Shown here: in pieces, positions 38,794 to 51,080 of the stretch
Numbering within the stretch: the stretch's first letter is position 1
How the letters are laid out: each line of letters begins with the position of its first letter
NCBI GenBank assembly: GCA_976226885.1
Contig: OZ320317.1
Span: 55,986,001 to 56,050,000, forward strand
Direction: 5' to 3'
From: Iphione sp. A-MEVVRFRX5
Taxonomy: Eukaryota
Length of the DNA: 64,000 nucleotides
Notes under the pieces: model-generated
What the model saw: only the letters and a program-made list of their open reading frames with translations
What the model was told of the DNA's origin: nothing
Databases searched by the model: none
Translations under genes and position numbers: made by a program

Positions 38794-39276
38794 ATCCATC
38801 CTCTGCCCCCCCCCCACCCCGGTATGGAAGCCCGGCAGAGACACCATCCCTAAGTCCTTACCTACCTGCTCTCGTGCTAAAACCCTTCACACCGACTCTT
38901 CTATTCCAAAGGCATTTGATCTAACTTATAATTAACCTTCTTCTCCAGTTCAGTACTCCATGCACCTTCTTGCCCTACCAATTAATTATACAGTGCATTT
39001 GGTTGACCATTTCCTTTGGACAAACTTGTATCTGTATCCATCCTCTCCCCCACCCTACCCTGGTATGGAAGCCCGGCAGAGACACCATCCCTAAGCCCTT
39101 ACCTACCTACTCTTGTGCTAAAACCCTTCACACCGACTCTTTTATTCCAAAAGCATTTGATCTAACTTATAATTAACCCCCTTCTCCAGGTCAGTACTCC
39201 ACTCACCTTCTTGCCCCACCGATTAACTGTACAGTGCATTTGGTCGACCATTTCCTTTGGACAAACCTGTGTCTGT
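38794..39276 (+). repeat. Tandem duplication of a ~241-bp unit
   Basis: Copy 1 (38794-39035) and copy 2 (39036-39276) are highly similar throughout (ggtatggaagcccggcagagacaccatccctaag...tttggacaaac). Confidence 0.95.
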
Positions 39277-39659
39277 TCACTGCTCGATCATCAGCTATAC
39301 CTGGGCGTTGTCACACATCCATCCAGAAGGAACTTCGTCAGTTCTCATATGCCTTGCTTCATACAGTGTCCTCTCCCCGAATTAGTCGGGTCTTCCTCTC
39401 GAGGCCCTTCCATTACTTCCGCACTATGCATATTTCACGAAGCATGGTACAGCGCTTTTCCATCCTCAGCGACTCGCAGGCATATGTCTCTTCTGTTGTT
39501 GTGCAGTTACTGTTTTGCATACGTTCATTTATGTCAAATTTCTCCTCTCCTAAACGTATCGTCCAGTTCATTTGCCCATCCTTTGACGTTAAGCTCTGTC
39601 TTACGTGTCACGTAAGTTGTTTACGTTACGGGTTGTACTGATCGATCTGTGCGTCAAAC

Positions 39660-40010
39660 TAATCCTGGCTGCACCTAATGTCTCATGTTTCATTTTATGC
39701 AGGTGACTTACCGTGTTTACTTAGGAAAGATTGCACTAGCATTCACACTGATGCTACAGGATAACGCAAGCAAATTATATAACCGGCGCATCAGAATGAC
39801 TTTGTACTAAATATGACAGAAGCTAAAAACATGAACTTTGGGAAATAATCACGATTTAAACTTTGATATTAATATTTATAATGTTGAAATAAGTAAAGTG
39901 AAAAAAAAATTTTTTTTGCGGATATTAATTGATGAGAATTTAAATTGCATACCCTGTGTTGACGACAAACTGAAGAGAATTAGATCCCAACCCTCCAAAG
40001 TCCAACATAG
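39660..40010 (+). mobile_element. CR1/L2-group LINE RT remnant
   Basis: DLPCLLRKDCTSIHTDAT (resembles NDLP...YADDT) and INIYNVEISKVKKKFFLRILIDENLN (resembles KFLGI.IDE.L). Confidence 0.55.
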
Positions 40011-42514
40011 AAAGCGTTGCGTCTGCCTTTGTTTGACCTAAGCATATAGGTTGTCGTCTTAGTAGATCTGAGGCAAATACATGTAGATGAACTTGACTTA
40101 ATGTACAAAATTACTTGAAAAGATGCTTGGGCAACAGGTCAGAGGATACCACCACAACATTTAGGGATAAATTTGGCTGAATCTGAATTTGCAGAAATGC
40201 CATAAATATTCTTAGGGATATTAATGACTTGATTAACTTAGACTAATCATGAGAAAGAATAGTTTAACTAGGTGTAGGGATAGAAGTGAGTTAAACTTCA
40301 AACCTTTCTTTGAGATCATTTGAATACCAAAGATTTGAAGTAGCCGAATGGAATGTAGTGACAGATTTACAACAGTTGCATAATATTATTAAAAGGTCAT
40401 GGAGACGATGCTTGAAAAGGGCCAAGTAATCTAGGACCAAGCAGCAACACCTACATAATGATAGGGACTTCAGCCTTGAATCATTTCTGTTTGATATATT
40501 TCTGTTTGTAATTGGATTGGGGGTGTTCTGTTATATCATTTTCCCCTGTTAACAGGCGCCATCATGGCTTAGGCGGTATTTCTGTGCATCCGAACATTAA
40601 ACACCCAGACATGGAAGGTATGCATTGCCCCAAATGGTGTGTGGGATACCTTTCCATGCATGCATAGCAAATATAATAGATCAAGAAACCCCTAGGGGTA
40701 TTGCTGAGAACTGATATTGGTTGAAAATGAATGAACTACAGTAGAGTCTTAATTTGTGACCATCCCTTTGGAGCAAGGTTAACTGGTTGTAATGGCGAAT
40801 TTGGTCGTAAATAGATTATTACTACATGTAAGTGTAGGAACCCAAACTTTTGTGCCAGGCTGTACTTGGTGTAATAGCATGAATGGTCGGAAATCGATGT
40901 GGTCAGTAATTAAGACTCTACTGTATACACCCTTGTCACATGTCTGGGTGTGGGAAAACAGGTCCTTGATCAGTCGGTCTGCACACACTTGTCACACACT
41001 GTGGAACCTACGCACACATGGGTAGGAAGCTGGTGAAACATACTGCCATTCGTCATGCCTATGTCCGGATGCATAATGTTTGGACGCATGGAAAGACCGC
41101 CTAAGACCCTTCTCTCATAGCAGACCTGTGGTCTGTCAGGAGGTGGGCAGGTGGCTGTAGGACTCTGTCCCAACTGGGCCCATCACTTGTAGTAGTGTAG
41201 CCTTGAGTCAGGAAGTGTGTATTTGTTTGTGTGTATACATGCGTGTGCTCTGAGCACCATATATGAAGATATTATAATTTGTATATCATTGCAAAAAAAC
41301 TGCAGAATTTTCAGCTTTTAAATTACTGCATATTTACAACTAGTTATCTTTATACCCCGCCCAGATTTAGAAACGTGGTGGAAACGAGAAATACATTTTC
41401 TTGGATGGTAGATAATAATGTTATATATCATGAAGAAGCAAGGTTGGCATGAGGCATGTATTTCCGTAATCACATAGAAAGGACTAGATTTGTAATGTAT
41501 GGTTTAATTCCATATGGAATTGAATGGTTTCAAAGTGCAAGACATATATTACACTTGTCAAGTGTGGGTAGGGCCAACTTGGTACATTCAAACGTATGTA
41601 AGGAAAGAAAATAGAGTGTTTGGGGGGCTAGGTTGCTCATAAACAGTTGTACTTGAATACTTTTACTTTAAATGTTACCCTGATCGTGTGTTGCCATGGA
41701 GAGGGAGGTTGTTTTGTTCTCACTATCCAAACTTTAGTGTATAGTTTTGGACTGTTCTTTACTTCTATGACACGGTTTCGACATGTCTCTCAACAGGCAC
41801 TCTTGTCATTGATTTGTTCCTTTTGGAGAAAGTATATTATTTATTTTAAGAAAAAGGATTGTTATACCGTTAACTTGCTTATCTATCCCCCTTTCCAAAC
41901 AAATTAAATAGGGTGGTAAATATTTTTAACAAAAACATTGACCCCCCTCCTATTTAATTTGTTTGGAAAGGGGAATAGATCACGAAGTAAGCGTTACCCT
42001 GAGTCACTGTCAAGCGTAGCAGCAAATTTTAAATGCCTGTTTTTGACGTCCACTACTTCCTTGTATTATATTTTTGACAATGTCGAACAGGGAACGCCGT
42101 TTAATTTATTTATTGTTGTTTTTATTTCAGGAACACGGTATTCCAGAAACGTGATGTTGTGGTCTTTCTTGCTCGTTAGTAGGATTCATATTAAAGGTGG
42201 TGTTTGCTGTCAGCGGATGGTTATAGGTCAGCGAATGGTGTCATTTTGCGATCTGTGTCACTTCAGTCTATTATAGTTGTGTATGGCGAACTTTGGAGAG
42301 AGACATCTTTTCCGTTTTCATCTTTGTTTTTCCTATATAACGTCAAGGTTTTGCCAGAGGTTGTCATGGAAACTCGCGCTACTTTGTTGCTGGTGTCTAC
42401 GAATGGGATTTCTTCTAAAACAGTTTCTGGTACAAAGCCCAGTACCGAAATGTCAAGAATGTGATTGCTTTTTCACCAGTCTCTAAGTCGCATCTCGGTG
42501 GTTATTTTCTGCAG

Positions 42515-42652
42515 GTTCAAAGTTCCTGTGTAGCGTTCTGGTGGCCCCTGTCAAGAATGAGGCGAACGAAGTCATCCTCTTCATTCTCAACCTGGAGGAC
42601 ATCACTGATGCCCCCGTCAAAAGTGAGAGCTACAGGAACTCGCTCAAGAACA
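42515..42652 (+). CDS. KCNH2: ERG-type KCNH channel exon, C-terminal part of PAS domain (homolog of hERG exon 3)
   Basis: Acceptor ttattttctgcag|GT and donor ACA|gtaagt; 138 nt, phase 1-1. Encodes (G)SKFLCSVLVAPVKNEANEVILFILNLEDITDAPVKSESYRNSLKN, versus hERG [28 protein letters not shown]. Confidence 0.95.
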
Positions 42653-43305
42653 GTAAGTCAACAATTTAGGAATACCTTCTATGAGAGGAACATGATTGCA
42701 CGGTAGGATACACACACATATATATAAATGGCATAGTATATGTATGTTAGTGCCGTGGTGGGCATTAATTCATTGCATATTTTACACCGTTTCACTTTGT
42801 GACATAAGGTCAGCATTATATACTGATATAACAAGGGTTTTCAGACCTCGGATCTAATCTATGTGCTGATTTTGTCATCTTTTCGGCTTTACCATAGTAG
42901 GGTAGACAAATTCAAACCTGGTATGTCCATATGAGGTATTCTATTTTGCGTCTAAATATAGATCATGAAGTTCAACTAAATTTCTGTTATATCCCGAATA
43001 CTTTTAACGTAAGCATCAGCCATTGCGTAGTGATGCCCAGTTAGTTCAGTTAGGCACAGGTTTTTGTCCATGGAGTTTCCATTGGCTCAGTCTAGAAAAG
43101 AATGTTTATTTGTAGAAAGGCTTATTATTTTCGCTAGAAACTACGGTTTTATGTAAAGTTCTTTTGAGAATATCGTCTCAGTTTATTCTCTGTTGTTTCG
43201 TCATAAGTCCTCATTTGGCTGGTCGACATGGTTGTATACGATAAATCTAATACTAGGTCCTGCCCCTTACCATTAGTCATGCATTGTGCCATGTCTCCCT
43301 GACAG

Positions 43306-43350
43306 GTGATGCGCTCAACCTTGTGAGCCTTAAAACCTCAAAGTCCAAAG
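43306..43350 (+). CDS. Candidate 45-nt cassette exon of the KCNH gene
   Basis: ccatgtctccctgacag|GTGATGCG...TCCAAAG|gtaaaa; symmetric phase 1-1 with no stop. Adds SDALNLVSLKTSKSK between the PAS exon and the linker exon. Confidence 0.45.
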
Positions 43351-44485
43351 GTAAAAACCACGAGTGGCCGCCAGGCGGCTCTGCACCTGCCCGCCCCCTG
43401 GCGGTGAACCAGTAGAATTGTACCCTTGAGCGAGTAGTGACCATAGTTCCAGTCGTGTTGCACCCCAAACACCCTCAGCTTCCCGGTCTCTTCTTACATT
43501 ATCTATTTCTTTAATATTCTTCCCTTCTGATTAGATGTATATATAAATTATATGTAAATATATTTATATATTAATGTTTCCGTGCCTCTTCTTCAAGCAC
43601 TTGCAGAGCATATAATCTGCAAAGCAGTACACCTCTGCTCGGCCATCAACCTTATCTACAGAGTGTTGCCCCGTTCATAAATAAACAACAATAATGTGGG
43701 AGAACAAATGTTTTGCTTTCATGGGTCCTCAACCAATATTTAGTAGTCTTGAATATTGCTCAGCAAAGAGATAAAGCAGCCCATTCCCTATGCTACCATG
43801 CTGAAGCTTTTCTCATTATTCACCGTGTCCCCTTTTGTCCCAGCCCTTTTCCATCCCGTTGTTCTCCCCACCAATGGATTTTTTTCATTGTGTGAGCTTT
43901 CCTCCTGTCCACGTTCATTCATTTTCATGCTATTATTCCCACCTCCTTTGATTCAGTCCTACACTATTTTAGCTGTATTCACCTAGTTTTTATGATAGAA
44001 TTTTAAATATGTTTTGTATATATATACTTTTTTCTATATTTTCCTGTCTTTGCCAACTTTGTTCATGTAAATAATAGGTGTATTAAGTACATTTTTTCAC
44101 GGTAAAAACTTTATAAATGAGATCTGAACCAAACTGATGAAGTACGGTATGAGAATTTGTCTTAAGGTAAGTGACTTAAGAGAGCAGATATATGTCAACA
44201 TCCATCCCCAGTCCCTCCCGTCCATGAACACGATTCCCCGTGCACACCCGAAGTCCTCTGTCATAAGACAGACGCCTTGTTCTCCCATTTTTGAAGGACC
44301 ATTTATTAGTCATCCTCCCTTTGTTTATTAGTAGACCAGGTCTTGGAGTTTAGCCTTATTTTTCCCAAACCTCCCACGCACATCCCCGCCAACTCATGCT
44401 TACCTCCCCTGTCGACCTGCCCTCTCCGGAATCGAAACATCCGATACAGCATTGCTCTATCATGTAACGCTTTCCTCCGCTCCAG

Positions 44486-44812
44486 ATCGACACAAGAGTT
44501 TCCGGTTACGCCTGCCGTCCATTCGGCGCGATATCCGACGCTCATCGCGCAGCGGAAACACCGACGATGCGGAGAACCCGGCCGATGTGGGCGAGGAGTC
44601 GGTGCCACTGCACCAGCTTCCCGCCACCTTGCCGCCGCTGTCGCCGTCGCGCGTGCTGCGGCCGCTCGAGCGCGACCTGTCGGACCACAGCACGTGGTCA
44701 GCGGACGAGACGCGCCGCGGCAGTCAGCTGAGTCTGCGGCGGGCGTCCTCCTACGAGCACATCGACAACGCGGCGCGCTCGCCCAAGCGACGAACCAAGT
44801 CGACCAGTTCAG
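44486..44812 (+). CDS. KCNH2: ERG-type KCNH channel exon, proximal N-terminal linker
   Basis: Acceptor tttcctccgctccag|AT and donor CAG|gtagga; 327 nt, phase 1-1, GC-rich codons. RHKSFRLRLPSI resembles hERG RAKTFRLKLPAL, and SLRRASSYEHID resembles hERG SVRRASSADDIE. Confidence 0.9.
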
Positions 44813-46220
44813 GTAGGAGGGCGACCAAGGGAGAAGAATGAGATGAGAGAAGGGTTCTTTGTTGTAAATGTATTGGCACTTGCCAGTTTGTCGGCTCCCA
44901 GTGATGCTTAAACGTTCATTGCCTCTGTAGAGGTGATTTGAATAGATGCACAATGTATAAATATCAGCGCCCTACCCTATGACAGGTAGCACCGCACACT
45001 GGCCATAGTTTCTTTCTTTCTCGTTGAAGCCACTGTTGCACACACTGGGACGACTCATGCCTTAAGAGTTTGCTATTACTTATGTTAGTCACGACCGCAG
45101 TCAGATAAAGGATGGAGGGGGGGGGGGTCTACCCTCTTTTTGCATACTCCTGCCATTCCCATATCAACAGTTAAACACTTAGTGCCTGTGGATGTCCCAG
45201 ACGCCCTGCCGTTCACAGACTACTTTACACATAGGCGAGCAAGCGCCGCCCGACTTATCCCCGCAGACGTCCCAGTCTTAAGTCGTTTTGCACATGCTTT
45301 CACACGTTGGGAGATCTTCTTTACCCTGATGTGTCGATGTTGTGGCACTAGTTGTTAGATGCTGCTGTAGTTGAGTAAGTTTCTCTGCCTTACGTGGTAG
45401 CCAATATTGGAGCTTTCGTCTCTGATCTTTTGGCAATGAATACGCTTCCTCTACATTACATACATCTACGCCTAAATAAAATTAAAGTCTTCCTTTACCT
45501 CAAGTATGATGGCAGAATCGTTTCTAGTCCTACCCATGCATCATTGTTTGAAAAAATCGGTTGGTTTAGGCTCTCTATTGGACATAATATCATTTTTAGA
45601 GCTCTATGGGATTAAAAAAAATCAGTTCTTGAATATGATTCACTGAGCAATTACCTGTCACCACCCAGGTCACCAAGTAGGCCAGTGACCCTGCCAGCAA
45701 CCTGCCTACATTAATTGAGATCCACAGGAGTTACCACCTTGTCACTAAAAGAAGTTTTAACCAGTAAAAATTTGCCTACCACGCTTCTCAACACCTGACT
45801 TAAAAACTGTACCAAATCGATTAGTATTACGTAACCTGTTGTACTACTGAGCCAGTTTTCCTGCTTCATAGTATCCATCTGAAAACCAAGGCATAAGCCA
45901 GAACATTACTCCAGGTTGACATCCCACGCAGTCAATGAACCAATCAACGCCCCCCACCCCAGACTACGATACAATGTAGTTGAGAGCCTGTACATTCCCA
46001 CCGAAACAGGCCTGAGAGTCAAACCACACACAGGGGACGCGTTCACGACAGTGGCTAATCAATGCTTGAGGCATGTCGCAGTAGTACCTGGCATGGCTGC
46101 GCTGCCATGTTTATAGTAAAAGAAATTTTGTATTTTGTATTCTTATAATTTGCTTTATATGACACTTAAAGCCGACGTCAACAGCAGTTTAAGTGGTTAT
46201 ACAGCATGGTCCTAGGGGGC

Positions 46221-46221
<1 letters not shown>

Positions 46222-46251
<30 letters not shown>
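46222..46251. repeat. (AC)n microsatellite
   Basis: Perfect AC run. Confidence 0.95.
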
Positions 46252-46253
<2 letters not shown>

Positions 46254-47349
46254 AGACGAATATAACGAAAACACTTGATCAGCTGGTTCGTTATGCCTTC
46301 TTTGGTTTTTGTCACTGAGCACAAACGTGTCCTTGATTGTCGTTAGCAGAAGATGGGACTTCATAGTGCTATTAACTTTAGATGTAGTACATGCTATGAC
46401 TTAGGGCTAAAGAAAGGAATCTGCAAATACTCAATACGGAAGGCCGAATAGTGTGCTATCTACAGATGTTAATCAGCTATGTATGCTAAGGCGTCGGAGC
46501 AGCGGAATTGCAGAAGCGGCAGTGTATTGGGTATAAAGTGTACTGCGGTCCTCTGCCACCTGGTAAATGAACAATTGCATCTTAGTATGTTATGGAAGGC
46601 TACCCGGATTGAAAGTTCAAAAGCAGCCGGATATAAAAGTAATGAAAGAATTTCACACCAAAGAGCAGTAATTATTACTGTTAGTAAAGCATAGAGTGGC
46701 TGTAGCTTGTCATACAGTAGTTTCCTTTAAATGAAAGGTGGAACCGCAAATCTTCTTGACTTCAATTATTGTTATAGCTGTAGATATAAAGGGGTAATTG
46801 TTCATCATTAATGAGTACGAAAGCGAGGCTATGGATAGGCAGTTGAAGTTTAATGATTGCAGTTACAGTGTAGATGTCGTAGCTGGTTGTTTTTTTTCGC
46901 CAGGGGGAAATGCTTGCTCTAGGTAGATTGTGACGACTGGCTACTAGCTGCTGACATAATTAGTAGTGAATGTATCACGAGGTGCATGGGTTATCTGCAT
47001 GCACGCTGTTATCCCCGGACCCCATCTCCCTCCAGACACAGGGGTGTTTACAACCACGTTGTTCACAAGTTGTACTTCGGAAAGTAAGCTACAGACAGAC
47101 ACATGTATCTATAGTGGAAGAAGTAATGTCTTTTTCGTCTTTGTTCCAGTACTGTACGTACCTGTAATCAGCCTATATGTAGCCTTTATATAACGTTTGA
47201 CCCTGACTTATGGCATTCTCCTTGATGGGTAAGGGGAATCTATAAAGAATCTTCCAACATTCTGCAAGATGTCCTGAATTCTAGTCAGGTAGAAGTGTGT
47301 ATATACCTTACCTGTAGATTTTATGATAATGTATCCTGTGGGTTGTAAC

Positions 47350-47790
47350 ACGTGATGTGTGCCATGGGAAGATTATCGTGGTATCGTATCACATGATGTA
47401 TGCCACTTGATATATATCATATGCTTGTATCACACATGTGATTATATCATTTGACGTGTCTTTTGGTGGGTGTTACCTGCTATTAATTGTGTAGTATGTA
47501 TCATATTATTATAATAATTGGCATATGTCACTTGGTAGGTAAACTGTAGGTAAAAGTAGGTGCTTATCACACAATCCGCTCATCTGGTAAATGCCCCGTT
47601 TTGTGTACCGCGTGATCATAATACCTGTCGTACATGTGGAACACTCGGTGTGTATTAAGTTGTATGCATTTTAGGATAACATATGTATATTACCTGGCAT
47701 ATGTCATATGGTACGTATTACATGATTATGTCACTTGGCATGCGTCGATTAATAGTCATTACATGATGTGTATCATGTGATGTGCGTAAG
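47350..47790. repeat. Degenerate short-period satellite
   Basis: Recurrent atgtatcacatg / catatgtcacttgg variants. Confidence 0.5.
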
Positions 47791-50700
47791 AATGTGTTTA
47801 TCGCATGAAGCGTGGCGTGAGCTCGATGGCTGGCTTTCGTGAAAGTCTCTCTCTTTGATACGTTAAATCGAACAGCGATTAGCTTTATGTCTTTTTTTTT
47901 TTACCACATTAACAATATCACCTGGAAATAGTTTGCTGTAACAATACGGACAGGCGCAGTATACATTTCATGTGTGTACACGTATGCGTGTATGTATGTA
48001 GACACAGGCCCGTGATATGATAGAGCGTTAGTGCTGATTCCAAACAATAATTGCCCCACCACAATTATTCAGTAAAAGACCATAGAAAAAGCTACGGCTA
48101 TTCGGGGTACTAGACGATATTAGTATCTTTGCGTATCTAAATACGTAAATAGGCTTTTGTCTATTTAAAGTGCGTGGTTTTGACGTAAACGTAATGCCCA
48201 TATACGTTTTAATAATAAGGGTGCAGCTGGGTGCATTAACGGATGGAGACCTGCTTGTGAGAATGATTACAAGCGGCGGTGGAAAAACTTAAATAGTTTT
48301 GTATTAGAGTGGCTTCATAGCCATGGAAACTAGTAAGATGAGTCAGTAGGGCACATGTTAAATAGCATTTATTTAGAACTAATTTACGTAAGGACTGTTG
48401 GTGGAGGGAGAATCTATCCGAAGTGAGTGGATTATAAGTTTGGAAATAGTGGCGGGCTGTTTGAAAATTGGTAGACAGACATCGATGCATGGGTCACAAT
48501 GAAGAAAACGGGGAGGTAGATGACATTTCTGATGTGCGGTTGGTTAAAGCGTAGCGACAGAGAAATTTATTGTGTTAGCGGTAGTTCGTGGATAGTTTTT
48601 TGGGGGGAAGGGGGGAGACTGATTAAGGAGCCATTTCACGGAAGCCAAACCACCCGGTTACCTCCATATGCTGCCTGTAATCCATGTGCACGTATAATGT
48701 GCATAGAGATGTGTGTGCAGTGCGTGTGCGTGGAAATACGGAACAAATGCATTGTTCATTGACAATACCCATGTGTATGTGGTGCATGTGTGGGGCATGG
48801 ATTCTTTCGTCCACACATACACCATGGATGCGTCCTGAACATTTTATGTATACATGGATCACAGGCCAGCAAGGGAAGTGTACCAATCTACACGCTCACT
48901 AACCTGGTACTGAAGCACACAACCACGCAACCATGTCGTTACCTTGTAGCTGTCAATCACTGCGTGGTGTGTGTGGCTGACAGCTCCATCAATGCACTGT
49001 GTTTTAATGGTTTGCAGAGCATTTGCCCAATGGGCGCCCGAGAGCACACACATTTGATTCAAGTGAGTAGCATGAGGCACCTTTCTGTTCTAGAGTTCTC
49101 TTTGGTTATTTGGCTTGATTAACCCACTAGATGGCGATAGTTGTTAGAGAACTAAACCTTTCTAACTCAGCGAGCGCCCCCTGGATCCAGTGAATTACAT
49201 CACTGTCTGTCCCCTGAAATTGTATTTTGATCTTAAGGGATGGTTACTTCCAAGTAAATTCTTAGAGTGAATAATATCATCAAGGTTTGGGATAGAGTAT
49301 TAAAAGATGTTTATTTATAAACGTATCTCTTCAGGACAAACATTTAGTAATAGTAAAAATAGTGTTAGTTTGAATATGTGCGATAGAGAAAAGTGGGACA
49401 GGGCACGAGAAATTTTATTTTAATAAAGTCTTCACCAAATGCTTTCTGAAAGATCATTTGCATTTCGTTGTATTTTAATGGAGTTGTCGCGTGGATGTAA
49501 TACAAGAAAGCACGGTTTCATCATTTACCCACGGGAAATTTCAGGTTCGCTAGCAACTACATGTACATGTATATGATAAGCCACATTAAATTTAAAGCAT
49601 ATCAGGCGGACAGTTTGCAACTTTTACAAACGTTGTAGCTTCAGTCACGAGGGGAATGAAGTCAGATTGTGTTCACCACGTACCTAAGGGGACGTGAACG
49701 AGTTAAGTAATGGTGCAGCTTTCTTGATAAACGTGCTGAGGTCAGCCGGAGCTTCAGGTCGGATGACATTTACTAAGTTAGATTGCCACAGGTATACCTC
49801 GGTATGGATTTCATGAAATATATAGACTATTACCATTTATCTGTGTTTCCCAGCTTTACTGGAGAGAAAAGCTGTTCAGCGACTGCTTTTAACCCTTCAT
49901 GCAGACAGGTCAGAACAATGACATTAGGGCATACCTCACGACAATACTCAACTCATTTCAAGGCTATGACCTCCACCAATGCGTTGCGTGCTAACAAGCG
50001 GCAGTTGCTGGATCCTTGCTGTTTACTAGTTTTTGAGGCTGCCTTTGTAGGGACTATTCCTTCGTTGGCCTATGTTGTATTGAAGTCCTTCCTTCTGATA
50101 CATTTCCAGTGAATAGTCTGGGAAAGACTATTTCGAATTCAAGAAAATGCCACACGCTAAATGGCAGGGGTGGGTATGTTGCATCACCGAGTGAGCTAGC
50201 CTCGTGATAGTAAATACCACATATTCGCCGGCTTAAAGAGTGTTCACCTTATCATCAGTCTCTCACAGATCATGCATACTATCCAATATAGTAGCTGAGT
50301 ATCTTTGAAAAGTGTTCGGCGCCATGAACTAGCATTGCACGCTGTCTTAATATAATGTACAGGTCTCTACGTAAAACACATGCATGAGGTCACCCATGAT
50401 TTTAAATTGGTCCATGTGGTATGGTCCAGAAAGATGATAACACACACACACACTCACACACACATATATATATATATATATACGATGAATCATTTCCGAC
50501 AGTCTAGCAAAAGCACTAGTATAAAATGTAAATTATATGATACCGCATGGGACGACGATGCTATTGGTAAGGCATCCGAGATGCTTCAATTGCATCCTGT
50601 GGTATATAACAGCCCATAAAAGACGCAAGCGGATGATATTTTCCTAGTGTCGATATTTCACGGCATTTGTCCTGAAAGAAAATTTTTTACTGGACATGCC

Positions 50701-50917
50701 TTCAACAGTACATAGGGAAACTGGAAAACTACTTTTATTTTCTCTGTGGATTCATGACGGAAATAATTTGCCGAAGTCGGACAGGCGCGTGGTTGACGAC
50801 ATCATTATCTATAATGGCTCATACGAGAACTAAAACTTTCCCATCAGGAACAGCCATTTGAACAGTGCCCCATGCTGGCAGAACCAGCGGGTTGGCGCTG
50901 CTAAACCTCTCGTCGCA

Positions 50918-51080
50918 TCCATCCACCCGTCCGTCCATCCATCCATCCATCCATCCACCCATGCATACATGCATGCATGCATACATACATACATACATAC
51001 ATACATACATACACGCATACATATACATACATTACATATATTACATACATATATTACATACATTGCATTACATACATGTA
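50918..51080. repeat. Compound tetranucleotide microsatellite (ATCC)n(ATGC)n(ATAC)n
   Basis: Direct reading of the sequence. Confidence 0.92.

Noticed and set aside
39285-39345. CTGATGA/CTGACGA hammerhead-like cores next to the tandem duplication
   Set aside because: There is no stem II closing onto GAAA. Other CTGATGA sites in the window also fail.
39675-39708. CTAAT...polypyrimidine-CAG|GTGACT, a recursive-splice-like site in the 21-kb intron
   Set aside because: It falls inside a LINE RT remnant (F.IY.NDLP region) and the donor is mediocre, so it is most likely incidental.
44306-44953. 215-aa minus-strand ORF and other frames over 44343-44816
   Set aside because: These are shadows of the GC-rich KCNH exon 44486-44812. 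The same applies to the minus ORF 56373-56729.
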